From a virus (Duplodnaviria > Caudoviricetes): a stretch of DNA of 36,597 bases. Position numbers and translations under genes: made by a program. The stretch's first letter is position 1; each line of letters starts with the position of its first letter. Positions 25,601-35,599 of this stretch are shown one piece after another. The stretch is from the IMG/VR virus record IMGVR_UViG_3300046786_000692, positions 1-36,597 of that record; one strand, 5' to 3'. Below the pieces are notes generated by a model. It saw nothing but the letters and a program-made list of their open reading frames with translations. It searched no databases and was not told the DNA's origin.

Positions 25601-28600
25601 GCAATCCTACCTATGATATTTCCTCTTGAGAGTGTTCCTGCTGAGAGATAGTCAATAAGGTGTCCCACCTCATGTGCAAGCACACGGGCTGCAACGGCGG
25701 GATTCTTGAATATCTCAGGGGAAAGACGTATTCTATTGGGGCCCGTGAAGTCTCCATATTTCCCTCTGAGACTGGTTACAATGGGTGTACTTCCGGATAT
25801 TTCCTTTGCAAGAGCTACAAGCTCGGGCATCTCAATCGCTGAGATAGACACCTTGTTGTAGTGTTCCTCGTCTGTGCTCAGTAGTACCTCAACAGTCTTA
25901 TTCCGTGGTGTCTCAGTTATTGCATACTCTGATTTGCTGGCAGTACCGCTTGGCGCCTTCATTACCCTCTTCCAACTACCACCCTTTACCAGGTCTCGAA
26001 CTACCGATCGTTGCATGCCTGAGTATTGTTTGCCATTAGAATCAGTCATCTTCAGGGTATTTCCTTCTATTGCGGTTATTGTTACCTTCCCCTCCATGTT
26101 GGTCTTGCCTTGCGGGTCGAGTACGTCTCCTACCTTAAATTCATCCTTTACTCCCGTAGTCTTTTTCTCGACCACCTTCTCTGTTGAGGATTGAAAGAAC
26201 GTCTCATTCTCTTTCTTGATCTCAGACACGAGAGCGCCAAAGTCATTAACCTTCTCTGTTTTACCTTGTTCGACCTTTACTTGTCTCGCGGTCTCTATCT
26301 TTGCATCAAACACTTTCTCGAGTCCGTCGATTTTCGTTTCCTGCGCCTCGATCTGCTTCTCCTTTGCGAGTATGTCTGAGCGCACCTGCTCAATGGTTGT
26401 CTCTTTCCTTACGAGAGACCTCTCTATGTCAGATAAGGTAGCGCTCTCCTTGACTACTTTCTTCTTGTAGAACTCATAGTCACTTTCATCTCCTGTCTTC
26501 TGTGCCTCAGCGAGCTTGAGCTCTGAATAGCGCAAATCTGATTGTGCTTCCTTGTACTTATTGTCCACTCTCTCCAGGAATGACGCGTCAGACTTCATCA
26601 CTTCGAGCCGTTGCTTTTCAACGGTATATGTCTGTGACCTTTCGGCTTCAACACGTCTCACCGGATCAGTGATAAGATCGAGCTTCATTTCCTCGAAGTC
26701 AAGGTCTCCCACCTCTACTGTATTTCCTTTGTAGCTCCAGAGGTTTTTGATTCTCTTCTCTTTGGTCTCGAGCTTTTGGAATATGAAAGCATCGACTGAG
26801 TTTTCAATGAGGGGATAATGGATACGTACATTCTTCCATTTGTTACCCTGTCTCCATATACGACCCTCAACCTGAAGCATGTCTGTAGGATTCCAAGGGA
26901 GATGCAAATAATACAGGTCTGTGGCATTCTCCTGTAGATTTACCCCTTCCTTGATAGCCTCCGTGCCTATGAGTACTTTGATCTTGCCGGCGTTGAATGC
27001 GTCCTGTGCGCTCTGTTTTGCATCAATGGACATACCACCCTGCACGATACCGATCTCTTCACTCTTGTACTTCAGCTCGCTTATGAGATATTGCCTCACG
27101 AATGGGAAGAATTGAACCCCACGAGGCATGTAGATAACCTGCCCCACACCACCATTGTCTTTCTTCACTTGCCTGATCATATCCATCGTAGCCTTGATCT
27201 TTGGTGATTCTTCAACGAACGATTTGTAGTCATTGTTTACCTGTATAAAACTGGCTGTCTGGTCTTCATCTGTAGGAGCTTCGGGAGCGGTATTGGTTGC
27301 ATAGCGCGAGAGATGGGGGGATAGTGCAATGTTCTGCATCTCAGTGATACCCTGTATTACGCCCCCGTCCTTGGTCTTCAGGAATAAGGTCTCTGCTTTC
27401 TTCATCATTGCTACCTGTGTTTGCGTGGGATAGAGTATAGGAGTCTTCTTTACCTTCGTTGGTCTATACACCCCCGCCTCGTCGCCTGTCCGGAAGTCAA
27501 TATACTCTGTGACAATCTTCTGAAGCTGTTGTACGTTGATAAACTTCTCGATAATCTCTTCCTCTTTCGTGCTCTGATCTGCCTTGATGACGAGCTTTGG
27601 TGTCAATTCCATGAACATTGACATAAACTCGTTCACATTCTTGAGTCCTATATTCTCGAGCTTCTTCTTCGCCATGAGAGAGAGTATTGAGTAAATCTCA
27701 AGAGGACTGTTGGTGAATGGTGTCGCTGAGAGTAGGTGCACGTTTCGTCCTTGTTGTTGCTCAAGGATGTACTGTGTCATGAGATACGCCTTGATACCCC
27801 GCGCGGATGATGATCCGTGAACGTTGCGGTATTCGTTGCCCTTCCCCTTCTCTACCTTGGCTCCTACAAAGATGTTCTTAAAATTGTGTACCTCGTCTAT
27901 TGTGAGATGGTCAAAGTTCAAGTCCTCGAAGGTAACTTCCTCTGAGGTCTTATTGATTGCCTTCCCTATATACTCGTCTGCCTTTGCCTTCTCTCGTTCA
28001 ATCTCACGCTCTGTCTTATCCCCAATGCCCGAGATGGTGTCCTGTAGTCCGGCAAGCAACCTGTCGTATGTTTCAGGCTTAAATCCGAGCTTCGTCAATC
28101 CGTCGTATGTCATTACAGATATTGTGCCATCTGCCACCTTGAACGTCTTCAGGTCTCCTTTGAACTTACCCCCAAGATTCTCAAGGTGATTGATCTGCAC
28201 GCCTGGAATAACCTCTGCTATCTCCTTCTCCCAATTGCGCAGTGTTGCATTTGGTACGATGACCAGTGGTCTCTTTGTAAACCCACGCTTCATTGATTCG
28301 TTCAGTGCGATAATGGCGGTGAGTGTCTTTCCTACACCTACGTCATATCCAAGAAGCCCCACACCCTTCGATGAGAGGAATGCCGCTCCTTCAAGCTGTA
28401 TAGCCTTTACGCTCAATGGCTTTCCCTTAAATGTGCTGTGTACTTTTCCGAATAGTGGTACTTTTGAATAGTCAGCACGCACCATACCGTTGAATGCCCT
28501 ATTGTATCTATCCTCAAGTACTGACTTCTGATCGTCGGTTAGCTCTGTATTCACAAACCTCTGGAATAGTTTGTTGCCTACTCTTCGTCTGCGCTGTCGT

Positions 28601-31600
28601 ATTTCAGTGTTTCGCACCTTGTCTCCATCGTTTACCCGAGACCCATCAATGTACCCTTGTACCTCATACGAGCTTGAGTCCTCATAGGCTGCCCTATCAA
28701 GTGTACGCATCCATCGCTCGAACAAGTCCTTTACTCCATAGGGCTCTCCGTCCATGTCAAACTTCACATTCTCAATGAATGCAGATGTTGGCTGTAGCTG
28801 TGTATCACTGACCGTCATCTTTGGAGGCAGTGTTGTCTCTAGGGCTTTCTTCTGCCTTGCGTACTGTTTCTCAGATAGTCTGTCTTTGTTCTCTTCCAGG
28901 TTATCGAGCTTCTCATAGATGTTCCCTTGTTGATACATGAAGTTCGTGAAGTATTGAGCCTGCCCATTCTCGAAGTATGCGTTCACATCTGCATTATCAA
29001 GTTTGCTTGGCTCTGTGATGCCTTGGGCCCGAACATACTCCTGTGATAGCTCTCCGGTGGCTGTGATGTTATTCCATAAATTCATATCAGCCTGGCTCAC
29101 GTTTGACAAGGTAAGAGGTGTGCTCTTCTTCAATGAAGTGCTCGTAACCTTCTTGTCTATCTTGCGTGGTGGCACTTTCTCTTGTACTACCCGAGGCTCT
29201 GCCTCAACGGCTGAAGTCTCATCTGTGAACGTGGTAGTGGGCGGGTTTGTACCATTCGATACAATGGGAGCTGTGGTCTCCTGCTCTGTGGGTATCTCAA
29301 TGTCTATCTGCTCAAGGCGCGAGAGCCTATCCAGAGCCTCATCAAGACTGCCCGTTACTACCTTCTCTTCACCAAACCTACCCTTCTTTGTGGTCTCTTC
29401 CCCGAGAACATTACCTGTATTCTTCGCAAAGTAGTTATCGTTCGACATTCTATTTGTCCTGTTGTATATGTCTGTCTCGTCGCTCGTAGTGTTCTTCCTG
29501 AATACGAGCAGATCAGTACCTATCTCTGTGGTGTCGAATATCCCATTAGGGAAGCGGTACGCGAGTACAAGGTCTCCGAGAGCCGAGATGCGCTCTTTTG
29601 ATTTGCTCAGTGTAGTTCTCAATATACCCGAAGGTACGAGCATAGCAACGATACCATCCTTCTTGGTAAGATCGAGACTGCGCTTGATAAAGTACTCTTC
29701 GTACTTCTTAATGCTTGCCTCTTCCCCCATTCCAAGGTAGCGCCCTCGATGTTCTCCATAGGGAGGATTACCTACCACAACTTCGTATTGTTCTTTTACT
29801 TCCCTCTGTGTGCCACGCTCTGTAGTGAATAGTGTCTCGAATTGTTTATTGAATACGTTCGTATCCGGATACAGGAGCTTGAGTATGCGCGCGGTAGTGT
29901 CGTTTATCTCGAGTGCGTCAATATCTGCTTTACCGTATGCACCCTCTACAAACCGTCCTATACCTGCCGCCGGCTCGAGCACTCGCATGTCTTCGTTCAG
30001 TGTAATGTATTTACCGAGCACCTTCCATATTGCGTCTGTGACTCGTTGTGGTGTGTAGTATTCATCGAGAAGCCCACGACCCTCAGCGCCCTTGCTCTCC
30101 ATGCCTCCTGCTGGCTGGTATGCACGTAAGATGGCAGCCTGTTCTGCGGTTATGTTCTTTTCAATATCTACTTGGCCCGTAACTTTATCGACTGAAGTAT
30201 ATGCGTCGATGATTGATTGTATCGAATCAGCTATCCGTGTTGCAGATCCACTTCCAGGGCTTGTGCTGCTGATGTCAGATCCCCCTGATGCCATTTCGTC
30301 GCCACTGACAGTAGTGTTTTTTGTAGTGTTTCCGGTTGATCCTTCGCCCATGCCTTGAGAATCGGGAACTCCTTCTGATCCAATGAGTTGATTAGTGTCT
30401 CCACTTCTTTGTTCATTTGTGGTTATTATAGTCTCTTTTACCGTTTCTTTCAATGTTTCTTTTGGTACCTTTGCCTTTTTCTTTTTGTCTTCCTCATCTA
30501 TTGCGCCCGCCCCCTCGAGATTACCCTCAACCATGAGCGTTGTGTCCTTGGATGATTGCAATATCTCATCGTATATCTTCTTGAGTGAGAACACTTCGTT
30601 GACCTCTTTCCCATTGAGCTTCGTTACCAGTATATTGTCCGTGGAATATTTCTTACCGTTAATGTATCCACCAATCTGTGCAGAAAAATCACCACCTGCT
30701 TCTCCCATCTGTCCATTCTTGAGACTCTGTATGCTTTCGCCTCTCTTAACATAAGACTCTATGAGTTGTATAGCAGCTTGTTTTGGTGTACTTACCGGAG
30801 CTCTTTCACCTGAAGCTTTAGGTTGTCCCGATGTAAGCTCAGGAGTCTTACTCACTGGATCGTCTGGGAAGAATCTCTGTTTGAGTAGTTCTCTGATCTT
30901 AGCATCTGTCCCCTTTGTTATTTTCAATTCCTCTTTCGGCTTTGTGAATAGTGCTGGCTCGAGAGTAGCATTGTCTCCCACAATGTTTGACGATGATGGT
31001 GTGGGAAGATAGTACCCGTGTACCCCCTCGTTGTCTACAGACTCTATGATGACCCCCCGTCTCCCGCCCGCGACGTCCTGATAGTATACCTCCCCGCGCT
31101 TGTATTCCCCTTTCCCTATTGTTGCCTTCAACATCATCTCCTTCTGACTCTCAAGAGAATCACCGCCCTTGTCTTGTACCTTTCCCTCTTCAAGTATTGT
31201 TTTAACGTTGTCCAGTACACCGGCTACCTGTGAGTGATTTGCTATGAACTCTTCACGGCTCACTTCTCTTGCTCCATTCTTCAGATTATCCTTTATTGCA
31301 TCGAGATGTATCTGACTTTCCTTACCATTTGCATCGGGAATGTTCTCTGTTTCGTTTCTGAGAACAGACAGCTCGCTCGGAGATACTTTTGTGTACACTT
31401 TCTCTCCATTTTTATCCACATAACTCAGTACTGACGTTGCTTCTGTTGTGTTTTCTTGTACATTTTTGGTGTCAGAACCTGGCACTTCTGAAGTATGTGT
31501 GACAGTTTCCGCATGTTTCGCATTCTCAGCCTTGATAGACTCCATCTGCGCCTGCATCTCTGGAGTAAGTACTGGTTTTTCTCTGTTATTTAGTCCCATA

Positions 31601-33543
31601 ACCTCCTTGTACATGTCCATTTGCTCGCTCTGTGGGTTGTCTGCGAAGTACTTATCGAGTGCCGGCTTGATCTTGTCCTTTATGTCCTGCTCTTTGGAAG
31701 CAGAATAGGTGTCGAGAAGGTATGAGATAGACCCTTGCTCTCCTGAAAGTGCCTTATCAGCAGCGCCATACGCATTGTCCCCTACCTCTTTCATGATCTC
31801 TTTGGGGTCAGTCTTAGCCTGAATCATCTCTACGGCTGTGCGCTGTTGGTCTGTAAGCAATGAATTAACCAGGCCCGAGAGCTCACCACGCTTCTCAAAC
31901 TCCTGTGTGATGATGTCAGGTATTACGCCTTTTGGCTTTGTGTCGGTCTGTGTATCTGCTTTGTTCTCATTTACCTTTATTTCAATTGGCTGTATATCTC
32001 CCCGCTCCTTCGCACTTAGGGCTTTGTTGAGCGTTGCTTGTGATATGTTCATTATGGAGCCCTGCATAGCCACACCTATTGCGGTCACCATGAACTGCTC
32101 TGCCGCCCGATCAGTAAATACCTGTGGTAGGGCTTTCTGTAGGTCTTTCCTGCCCACGACGTTAGTAGGGTCTGGAAGTTCTATCTTCGTTTGATCTATG
32201 ATAGCCTGTCCCCAATTTTGTACATACTCTTCGAACACCTCGGGGATGATGCCATTCCATCCAACCTTCTCTGCTATGTTGAATAGTACCTCTGGTTTTG
32301 TAATGTTTCTGAGTACTCCGAAACGTGAGAGTATTGCTTTTTGGATAAATGATCCGGAATCTTCCACGATGGCCCCTGAGTGTTCCGATGCAGTCTCAAC
32401 GATGGTAGACGCATACCCTTTTGCAAGTGCCTTTTTATAGCTGTCTCCCTCGTTTAGTTTCTTAATGAGTATGTCACCCTTCTCTCCGGCGACGAGATTG
32501 TATTTAGGAAGCATATATTCAGATGTCCTCTGTGCAATAGATGGAACACGTATAGACCCTTGGGCAAGCGATCCTACAATTCCACCCGCAAGGCTTCGTA
32601 CGATCTTAGGGGCTTGTGTGAGCGCTTTGACAGTGATGTCTTTACCCATGTCATATGCACCACCGGTAATGGCAAAGTCAAGAAGGTATGCTGTATTTGG
32701 CGCTATTGACTCTGCAACCACGTCTCCAAGTCCTTTATCAATGTATGCCTGGATGATGGTTGCGTCTCTACGTTTGGTGTATGCTTTCTCTTCGTCTGAT
32801 AATGGAGTGTTCGTATTGAGCTTTACCTCGATAGCCTTCATTCTCTTGTTCTCTTCTGAATCTACCCAACTCTTTACGTATGGAACAATGTTGGTGAATA
32901 CTTGCTCGGGGGTACTGAACATCTCCGCAAACCGTTTAATAAATCCTTTGTTTGTATTAGCCTGACCGGTGAGTTGACGATATACCTGCACTTCTTCCTC
33001 GAGCGCGGATAGCTCCCGTTGCTTTGACAAAAAAGACTCAGTTTCTCCTTTCGATTTTGCGAGCTCTGCATCAGTGAAGACGAGCTTTGGTTTTGGTGTC
33101 TTTGTCATGTTGTCCCGCCTCGTCTGTGCAAGCTCTTCTCTGAGAGTTAACATGCGCGTCTCCGAATCCTTGAGCTTCTGCATGCTGTTGAGTGTGAACT
33201 TATTTACCTGTTCATCGCTGAATCCGGCCTTCTTCAGGCCCTCAACTTTTGGGAGTTTCTGTTGTAGTGGTGTCTCCGGCTCACCGAATAAGAAGTCTTG
33301 TACCTTCGTGCTCACTTTGTCTACGGTACTCTTTGCCTTCTGGAGGAATGTTTGCTCTACTACTGGTTTTTTGTCTACCTGCACTTCCTTTGCTTTTGGC
33401 TTATTCTCTATGACCCCATACTTTTTCTTGCGTTTCTCGTCATCGTAGAAGTCATCAAAGAAGGTTGAGCCAGTAGAAGACCCACCACTCATAGATGGCT
33501 TACTCGAGCCCGCAGGCCCATAAAACTGATCAAAATATGGCAT
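22681..33543 (-). CDS. Giant DarB-like polyvalent protein: N6-adenine MTase + SF2/SNF2 helicase + HExxH metallopeptidase-like + LPD38-like C-terminus
   Basis: 3620 aa; EYYTP, VLEPAAGIG, VGNPPYG (MTase, about 30060-29500); DVGVGKT, IDEVH, LSATP, QVEGRIWRQGN (helicase, about 28400-26800); LAHEVGH near 25665; LPD38-like call is tentative. Confidence 0.88.
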   Translation of the reverse strand: MPYFDQFYGPAGSSKPSMSGGSSTGSTFFDDFYDDEKRKKKYGVIENKPKAKEVQVDKKPVVEQTFLQKAKSTVDKVSTKVQDFLFGEPETPLQQKLPKVEGLKKAGFSDEQVNKFTLNSMQKLKDSETRMLTLREELAQTRRDNMTKTPKPKLVFTDAELAKSKGETESFLSKQRELSALEEEVQVYRQLTGQANTNKGFIKRFAEMFSTPEQVFTNIVPYVKSWVDSEENKRMKAIEVKLNTNTPLSDEEKAYTKRRDATIIQAYIDKGLGDVVAESIAPNTAYLLDFAITGGAYDMGKDITVKALTQAPKIVRSLAGGIVGSLAQGSIRVPSIAQRTSEYMLPKYNLVAGEKGDILIKKLNEGDSYKKALAKGYASTIVETASEHSGAIVEDSGSFIQKAILSRFGVLRNITKPEVLFNIAEKVGWNGIIPEVFEEYVQNWGQAIIDQTKIELPDPTNVVGRKDLQKALPQVFTDRAAEQFMVTAIGVAMQGSIMNISQATLNKALSAKERGDIQPIEIKVNENKADTQTDTKPKGVIPDIITQEFEKRGELSGLVNSLLTDQQRTAVEMIQAKTDPKEIMKEVGDNAYGAADKALSGEQGSISYLLDTYSASKEQDIKDKIKPALDKYFADNPQSEQMDMYKEVMGLNNREKPVLTPEMQAQMESIKAENAKHAETVTHTSEVPGSDTKNVQENTTEATSVLSYVDKNGEKVYTKVSPSELSVLRNETENIPDANGKESQIHLDAIKDNLKNGAREVSREEFIANHSQVAGVLDNVKTILEEGKVQDKGGDSLESQKEMMLKATIGKGEYKRGEVYYQDVAGGRRGVIIESVDNEGVHGYYLPTPSSSNIVGDNATLEPALFTKPKEELKITKGTDAKIRELLKQRFFPDDPVSKTPELTSGQPKASGERAPVSTPKQAAIQLIESYVKRGESIQSLKNGQMGEAGGDFSAQIGGYINGKKYSTDNILVTKLNGKEVNEVFSLKKIYDEILQSSKDTTLMVEGNLEGAGAIDEEDKKKKAKVPKETLKETVKETIITTNEQRSGDTNQLIGSEGVPDSQGMGEGSTGNTTKNTTVSGDEMASGGSDISSTSPGSGSATRIADSIQSIIDAYTSVDKVTGQVDIEKNITAEQAAILRAYQPAGGMESKGAEGRGLLDEYYTPQRVTDAIWKVLGKYITLNEDMRVLEPAAGIGRFVEGAYGKADIDALEINDTTARILKLLYPDTNVFNKQFETLFTTERGTQREVKEQYEVVVGNPPYGEHRGRYLGMGEEASIKKYEEYFIKRSLDLTKKDGIVAMLVPSGILRTTLSKSKERISALGDLVLAYRFPNGIFDTTEIGTDLLVFRKNTTSDETDIYNRTNRMSNDNYFAKNTGNVLGEETTKKGRFGEEKVVTGSLDEALDRLSRLEQIDIEIPTEQETTAPIVSNGTNPPTTTFTDETSAVEAEPRVVQEKVPPRKIDKKVTSTSLKKSTPLTLSNVSQADMNLWNNITATGELSQEYVRAQGITEPSKLDNADVNAYFENGQAQYFTNFMYQQGNIYEKLDNLEENKDRLSEKQYARQKKALETTLPPKMTVSDTQLQPTSAFIENVKFDMDGEPYGVKDLFERWMRTLDRAAYEDSSSYEVQGYIDGSRVNDGDKVRNTEIRQRRRRVGNKLFQRFVNTELTDDQKSVLEDRYNRAFNGMVRADYSKVPLFGKVHSTFKGKPLSVKAIQLEGAAFLSSKGVGLLGYDVGVGKTLTAIIALNESMKRGFTKRPLVIVPNATLRNWEKEIAEVIPGVQINHLENLGGKFKGDLKTFKVADGTISVMTYDGLTKLGFKPETYDRLLAGLQDTISGIGDKTEREIEREKAKADEYIGKAINKTSEEVTFEDLNFDHLTIDEVHNFKNIFVGAKVEKGKGNEYRNVHGSSSARGIKAYLMTQYILEQQQGRNVHLLSATPFTNSPLEIYSILSLMAKKKLENIGLKNVNEFMSMFMELTPKLVIKADQSTKEEEIIEKFINVQQLQKIVTEYIDFRTGDEAGVYRPTKVKKTPILYPTQTQVAMMKKAETLFLKTKDGGVIQGITEMQNIALSPHLSRYATNTAPEAPTDEDQTASFIQVNNDYKSFVEESPKIKATMDMIRQVKKDNGGVGQVIYMPRGVQFFPFVRQYLISELKYKSEEIGIVQGGMSIDAKQSAQDAFNAGKIKVLIGTEAIKEGVNLQENATDLYYLHLPWNPTDMLQVEGRIWRQGNKWKNVRIHYPLIENSVDAFIFQKLETKEKRIKNLWSYKGNTVEVGDLDFEEMKLDLITDPVRRVEAERSQTYTVEKQRLEVMKSDASFLERVDNKYKEAQSDLRYSELKLAEAQKTGDESDYEFYKKKVVKESATLSDIERSLVRKETTIEQVRSDILAKEKQIEAQETKIDGLEKVFDAKIETARQVKVEQGKTEKVNDFGALVSEIKKENETFFQSSTEKVVEKKTTGVKDEFKVGDVLDPQGKTNMEGKVTITAIEGNTLKMTDSNGKQYSGMQRSVVRDLVKGGSWKRVMKAPSGTASKSEYAITETPRNKTVEVLLSTDEEHYNKVSISAIEMPELVALAKEISGSTPIVTSLRGKYGDFTGPNRIRLSPEIFKNPAVAARVLAHEVGHLIDYLSAGTLSRGNIIGRIASLHKFLKGEFEDEHGVIKNYDIRKELKELTQMWAPFDESADDGYTSYRYSSRELYADAISVLFNDPSLLQTEAPKFWTAFFDRLNAKPDVRMQLEETWQLLMKGEEALLNDRDKAINDMFKKGDDKIIAKSLEERANKDNYWFKLKYDFVDRNQKVIDDIARAKKQGKQISDDDNPLYMLEEYNYVGGVIKSFVVDKIQPIYTKVKDAGIAWTDFGKALFLERVINERGEIANPLGQTPETATKQMAKLAETMGSETYAKLEKYIAEFREVTKAILEDAESSEFYSPELVKELKANPAYATFQVLDYLDTHIDARVKQQVGTLKEIANPADSTIQKTISLIRAIERNKTKRSVVQFYKKEFGAEIMDAKYMWTGTARLPVDPDDKAQGLITLYEKGKLRGYYVDQYIASTVGTQTAGQTNMALAALRFMNSKLYRPLFITFNTGFQTFNAVRDFTRFWKNTPNLPLYRAFIRYGQALKPAFMDAIDQPNNIIKEMEAQKILSVTANDVFSGQTDIDTQIDAIMSRWGTMTQKKKFTILAPINAVLNLIERTGNFIERLPKVAAYLELNGRMPSHELGQFVRTKAGSPDFLRRGSNYAWTNEVFLFSNAIKEGMRSDLQVATDPKTRGGFWFKTAMVSVLPKLLMFAALQGLFGPILKDMFEKVSEYDKTNYTIVPVGMDSTGKLIYVRIPQDETGRLIGAITWKGMRITKKDRDFLKDAQEIFSIGAGQFPSLSPSIGSAIAIAQFAFGQNPYDFFRNRNVIPDDAFKAGGSYKLKPFATWMFEQLGGGVLMKTYVTEQMPSSKSWQQKVLELPIISNVLGRWIKTSDYGEYEKTRELEVGIEQRKAQESIENKKIITQAVRTYTSGTKSLFRKQDIEKNLVKEIIGHRPTTTAEKTKATSITKKFRVAVVQGEYDTVVDRFFTAGTNEEKLVYLKEIKQGRSKAKFDKLIATLKKEKLISAPLLKEVRKLK

Positions 33544-33547
33544 AGGT

Positions 33548-34897
33548 TTATCTCATGTTCTCTCTTAACCATGTTGAGTCTATCTCTTTGTCCCTCAGAT
33601 ATGCTGCTCCGCCTGGATACTCGCTTCTGATCTTACGCACCAGATCCTCGGGGGATATTTGTTTACGCATGGCTTTACCTATTCCACTACCAGTATCAGT
33701 GTAGTCTGCGATGATTTTCTCTATGACAGATTGCTCGTTGACTTTATTTGTAGAAGAAGACCCCTCTGGTAGACGTTCTGCTCCAAGAGCTTTCGACTGT
33801 ACTTGTAGTGATCCGTCCGGCATCTTGACTATAATATCTGCATACTTCATGCCACTTGCGTCTTGACGTGTAGTAATAGACTTTACTTCTCCTTCCGGAT
33901 TGTCCTGTTTCAGGTTGCTCAAGAATCCAACACCAAGACCTGCTTGTACCTCGAGCTTATTGATTTGTAGTTGTTGTTCCTCTGATAGCGAACCATAGTC
34001 CATGTTGCCTGACTTGAGAGCCGAAGAGTATATCTGTAGGTTAGACCTTGCCGCATCCTCAGCACGTTGAGAGTCTTCCCTCTCAAACTTTAGGAGCATT
34101 GTCTCTCGCTCGCTCAGCTTGTCTTCCGCGCGCTGTAGGTCTTCCCGTGCCTGGTCTGCTTGTTTCTCTTGTGTACCTCGTATCATCTTGTACATCTCAA
34201 GATTTTTCGTAAACTCTGCATCATACTCCTGCCGTGCATTCTGATAGTCCTGTCCGGTGAGACTGATGATTGTATTGATTGTGCTGTATCTCCCCTGAAT
34301 TTCGTCCACAATGCGCGCCTTACGTGCTCCCAAGAACTGTAGCTCTACCTGGGCCCGCTTGTAGTTCTCGTTTATGCGCCCATCAATGATATTCTGTGCT
34401 ACGGTGCGCTTGTCCTCATTCATGGTTGACTCCTGGAGAGCGGCTTCAATCAGTGCCTCCTGCTCTTTCAGATCACCAAGGGATGTCTCAAGGTCTCCAA
34501 GTTTACCGTCTGATCGTAGTCTCTCGTATAGATCAACAAGCTTGGGTGCTGTTGGCTTCGTTCCGGAAGGGTCTGTCACAAACTTGTCGAACTCTGCCTT
34601 CAAGTCTTCGGGTGATTTGAATATAGAAGCATCTGCTGTCTGCTTATTCTTGAGCGCTACATTGTAGTTGTCGAGATACTTCTGCATGTTGGGGTCACCA
34701 CTACCTGAAGATTGATATGACTGTGGTACATTATTTCCTCCTTGTGAGCCTAGTACTGTAAGTATTCTCCCCCCCTTGTTGTTGTTGGATAGTTGGTAGC
34801 CTATCCCATCCTTGTATTGTGGTTGTACGGTCTCATCAAAACTGAGCCCGAATGATTTGATTTGATCTGCTGTGTAGTCGCCTGCTTGTAATGCCAT
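33548..34897 (-). CDS. Internal virion / DNA ejection protein (putative)
   Basis: 449 aa, long coiled-coil, between tail genes and the giant gene. Confidence 0.6.
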   Translation of the reverse strand: MALQAGDYTADQIKSFGLSFDETVQPQYKDGIGYQLSNNNKGGRILTVLGSQGGNNVPQSYQSSGSGDPNMQKYLDNYNVALKNKQTADASIFKSPEDLKAEFDKFVTDPSGTKPTAPKLVDLYERLRSDGKLGDLETSLGDLKEQEALIEAALQESTMNEDKRTVAQNIIDGRINENYKRAQVELQFLGARKARIVDEIQGRYSTINTIISLTGQDYQNARQEYDAEFTKNLEMYKMIRGTQEKQADQAREDLQRAEDKLSERETMLLKFEREDSQRAEDAARSNLQIYSSALKSGNMDYGSLSEEQQLQINKLEVQAGLGVGFLSNLKQDNPEGEVKSITTRQDASGMKYADIIVKMPDGSLQVQSKALGAERLPEGSSSTNKVNEQSVIEKIIADYTDTGSGIGKAMRKQISPEDLVRKIRSEYPGGAAYLRDKEIDSTWLRENMR

Positions 34898-34995
34898 AGG
34901 ATACGTAAATGTTTGCGATAGTATCGCTATATCATCTACATATCATGTGTGCACCTATTCATTATACCTCATTAGTACTCTTGCATCATGCGTAA

Positions 34996-35595
34996 CTATA
35001 CTCTGAAAACAATACCGTCCAGTGAAACGTAGGCATTGTTGTATACGATACCCACCACGTTTCCGTCTGACCCAATATCCACTCTTCCAAAAGCATTATT
35101 AGAAACGATGGGGAACATTCGTTGAGCACTTGGTCTATATCCCACCGGTAAAGTGAATATCAATCCTCCAGTCCCGCTCTTTATTGTTCCCTGTAAAACA
35201 ACAATATTATCAAGAGTCTTGTAGTAGGACAAACCCGCATATACAGATCCATAGTCAACCCAAGAGTTCTGTAGTGTGGGTACTGTGACAGCATTTCCTG
35301 ATGTAGCATTGCTCGCTGTGAGTGAGCCATCTAATCCAAGCCTGAATGGTGCGAGAGCAAATTCAGCGTGACCCGCCCACATACCAAGTTGATCGCTCAT
35401 GTGTATTGTCGTATTCTCTCCACCAACACGCAGATGCTTGAGTTGGTTGAATATCATCTCTGTCTGTTTCTGTATATACGGCAAGACTTGAGAGAGAAAT
35501 TTATCCATTAGCGCTGTATCTTCCTTGGGCGTTACTCCAGGCTCTTCGAGTTCTTTGTACTCTATTGGTTTTTCTTCTACCTTTTGTGTGTCCAT
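34996..35595 (-). CDS. Tail fibre / receptor-binding-type protein
   Basis: Start at MDTQKV; C-terminal domain TLQNSW...YYK...V.LQG.IK.G...IFTLPVGYRP...VSLDGIVF typical of phage tail tips. Confidence 0.75.
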   Translation of the reverse strand: MDTQKVEEKPIEYKELEEPGVTPKEDTALMDKFLSQVLPYIQKQTEMIFNQLKHLRVGGENTTIHMSDQLGMWAGHAEFALAPFRLGLDGSLTASNATSGNAVTVPTLQNSWVDYGSVYAGLSYYKTLDNIVVLQGTIKSGTGGLIFTLPVGYRPSAQRMFPIVSNNAFGRVDIGSDGNVVGIVYNNAYVSLDGIVFRV

Positions 35596-35599
35596 ATTT

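Noticed and set aside
22685-34667. Many plus-strand ORFs of 60-170 aa
   Set aside because: Antisense shadows of long motif-bearing minus-strand genes; S/F/L-rich with no recognisable motifs. The same applies to plus-strand ORFs over the head genes.
34996-35595. Diversity-generating retroelement target in the tail fibre
   Set aside because: No reverse transcriptase and no template/variable repeat pair seen in the window.
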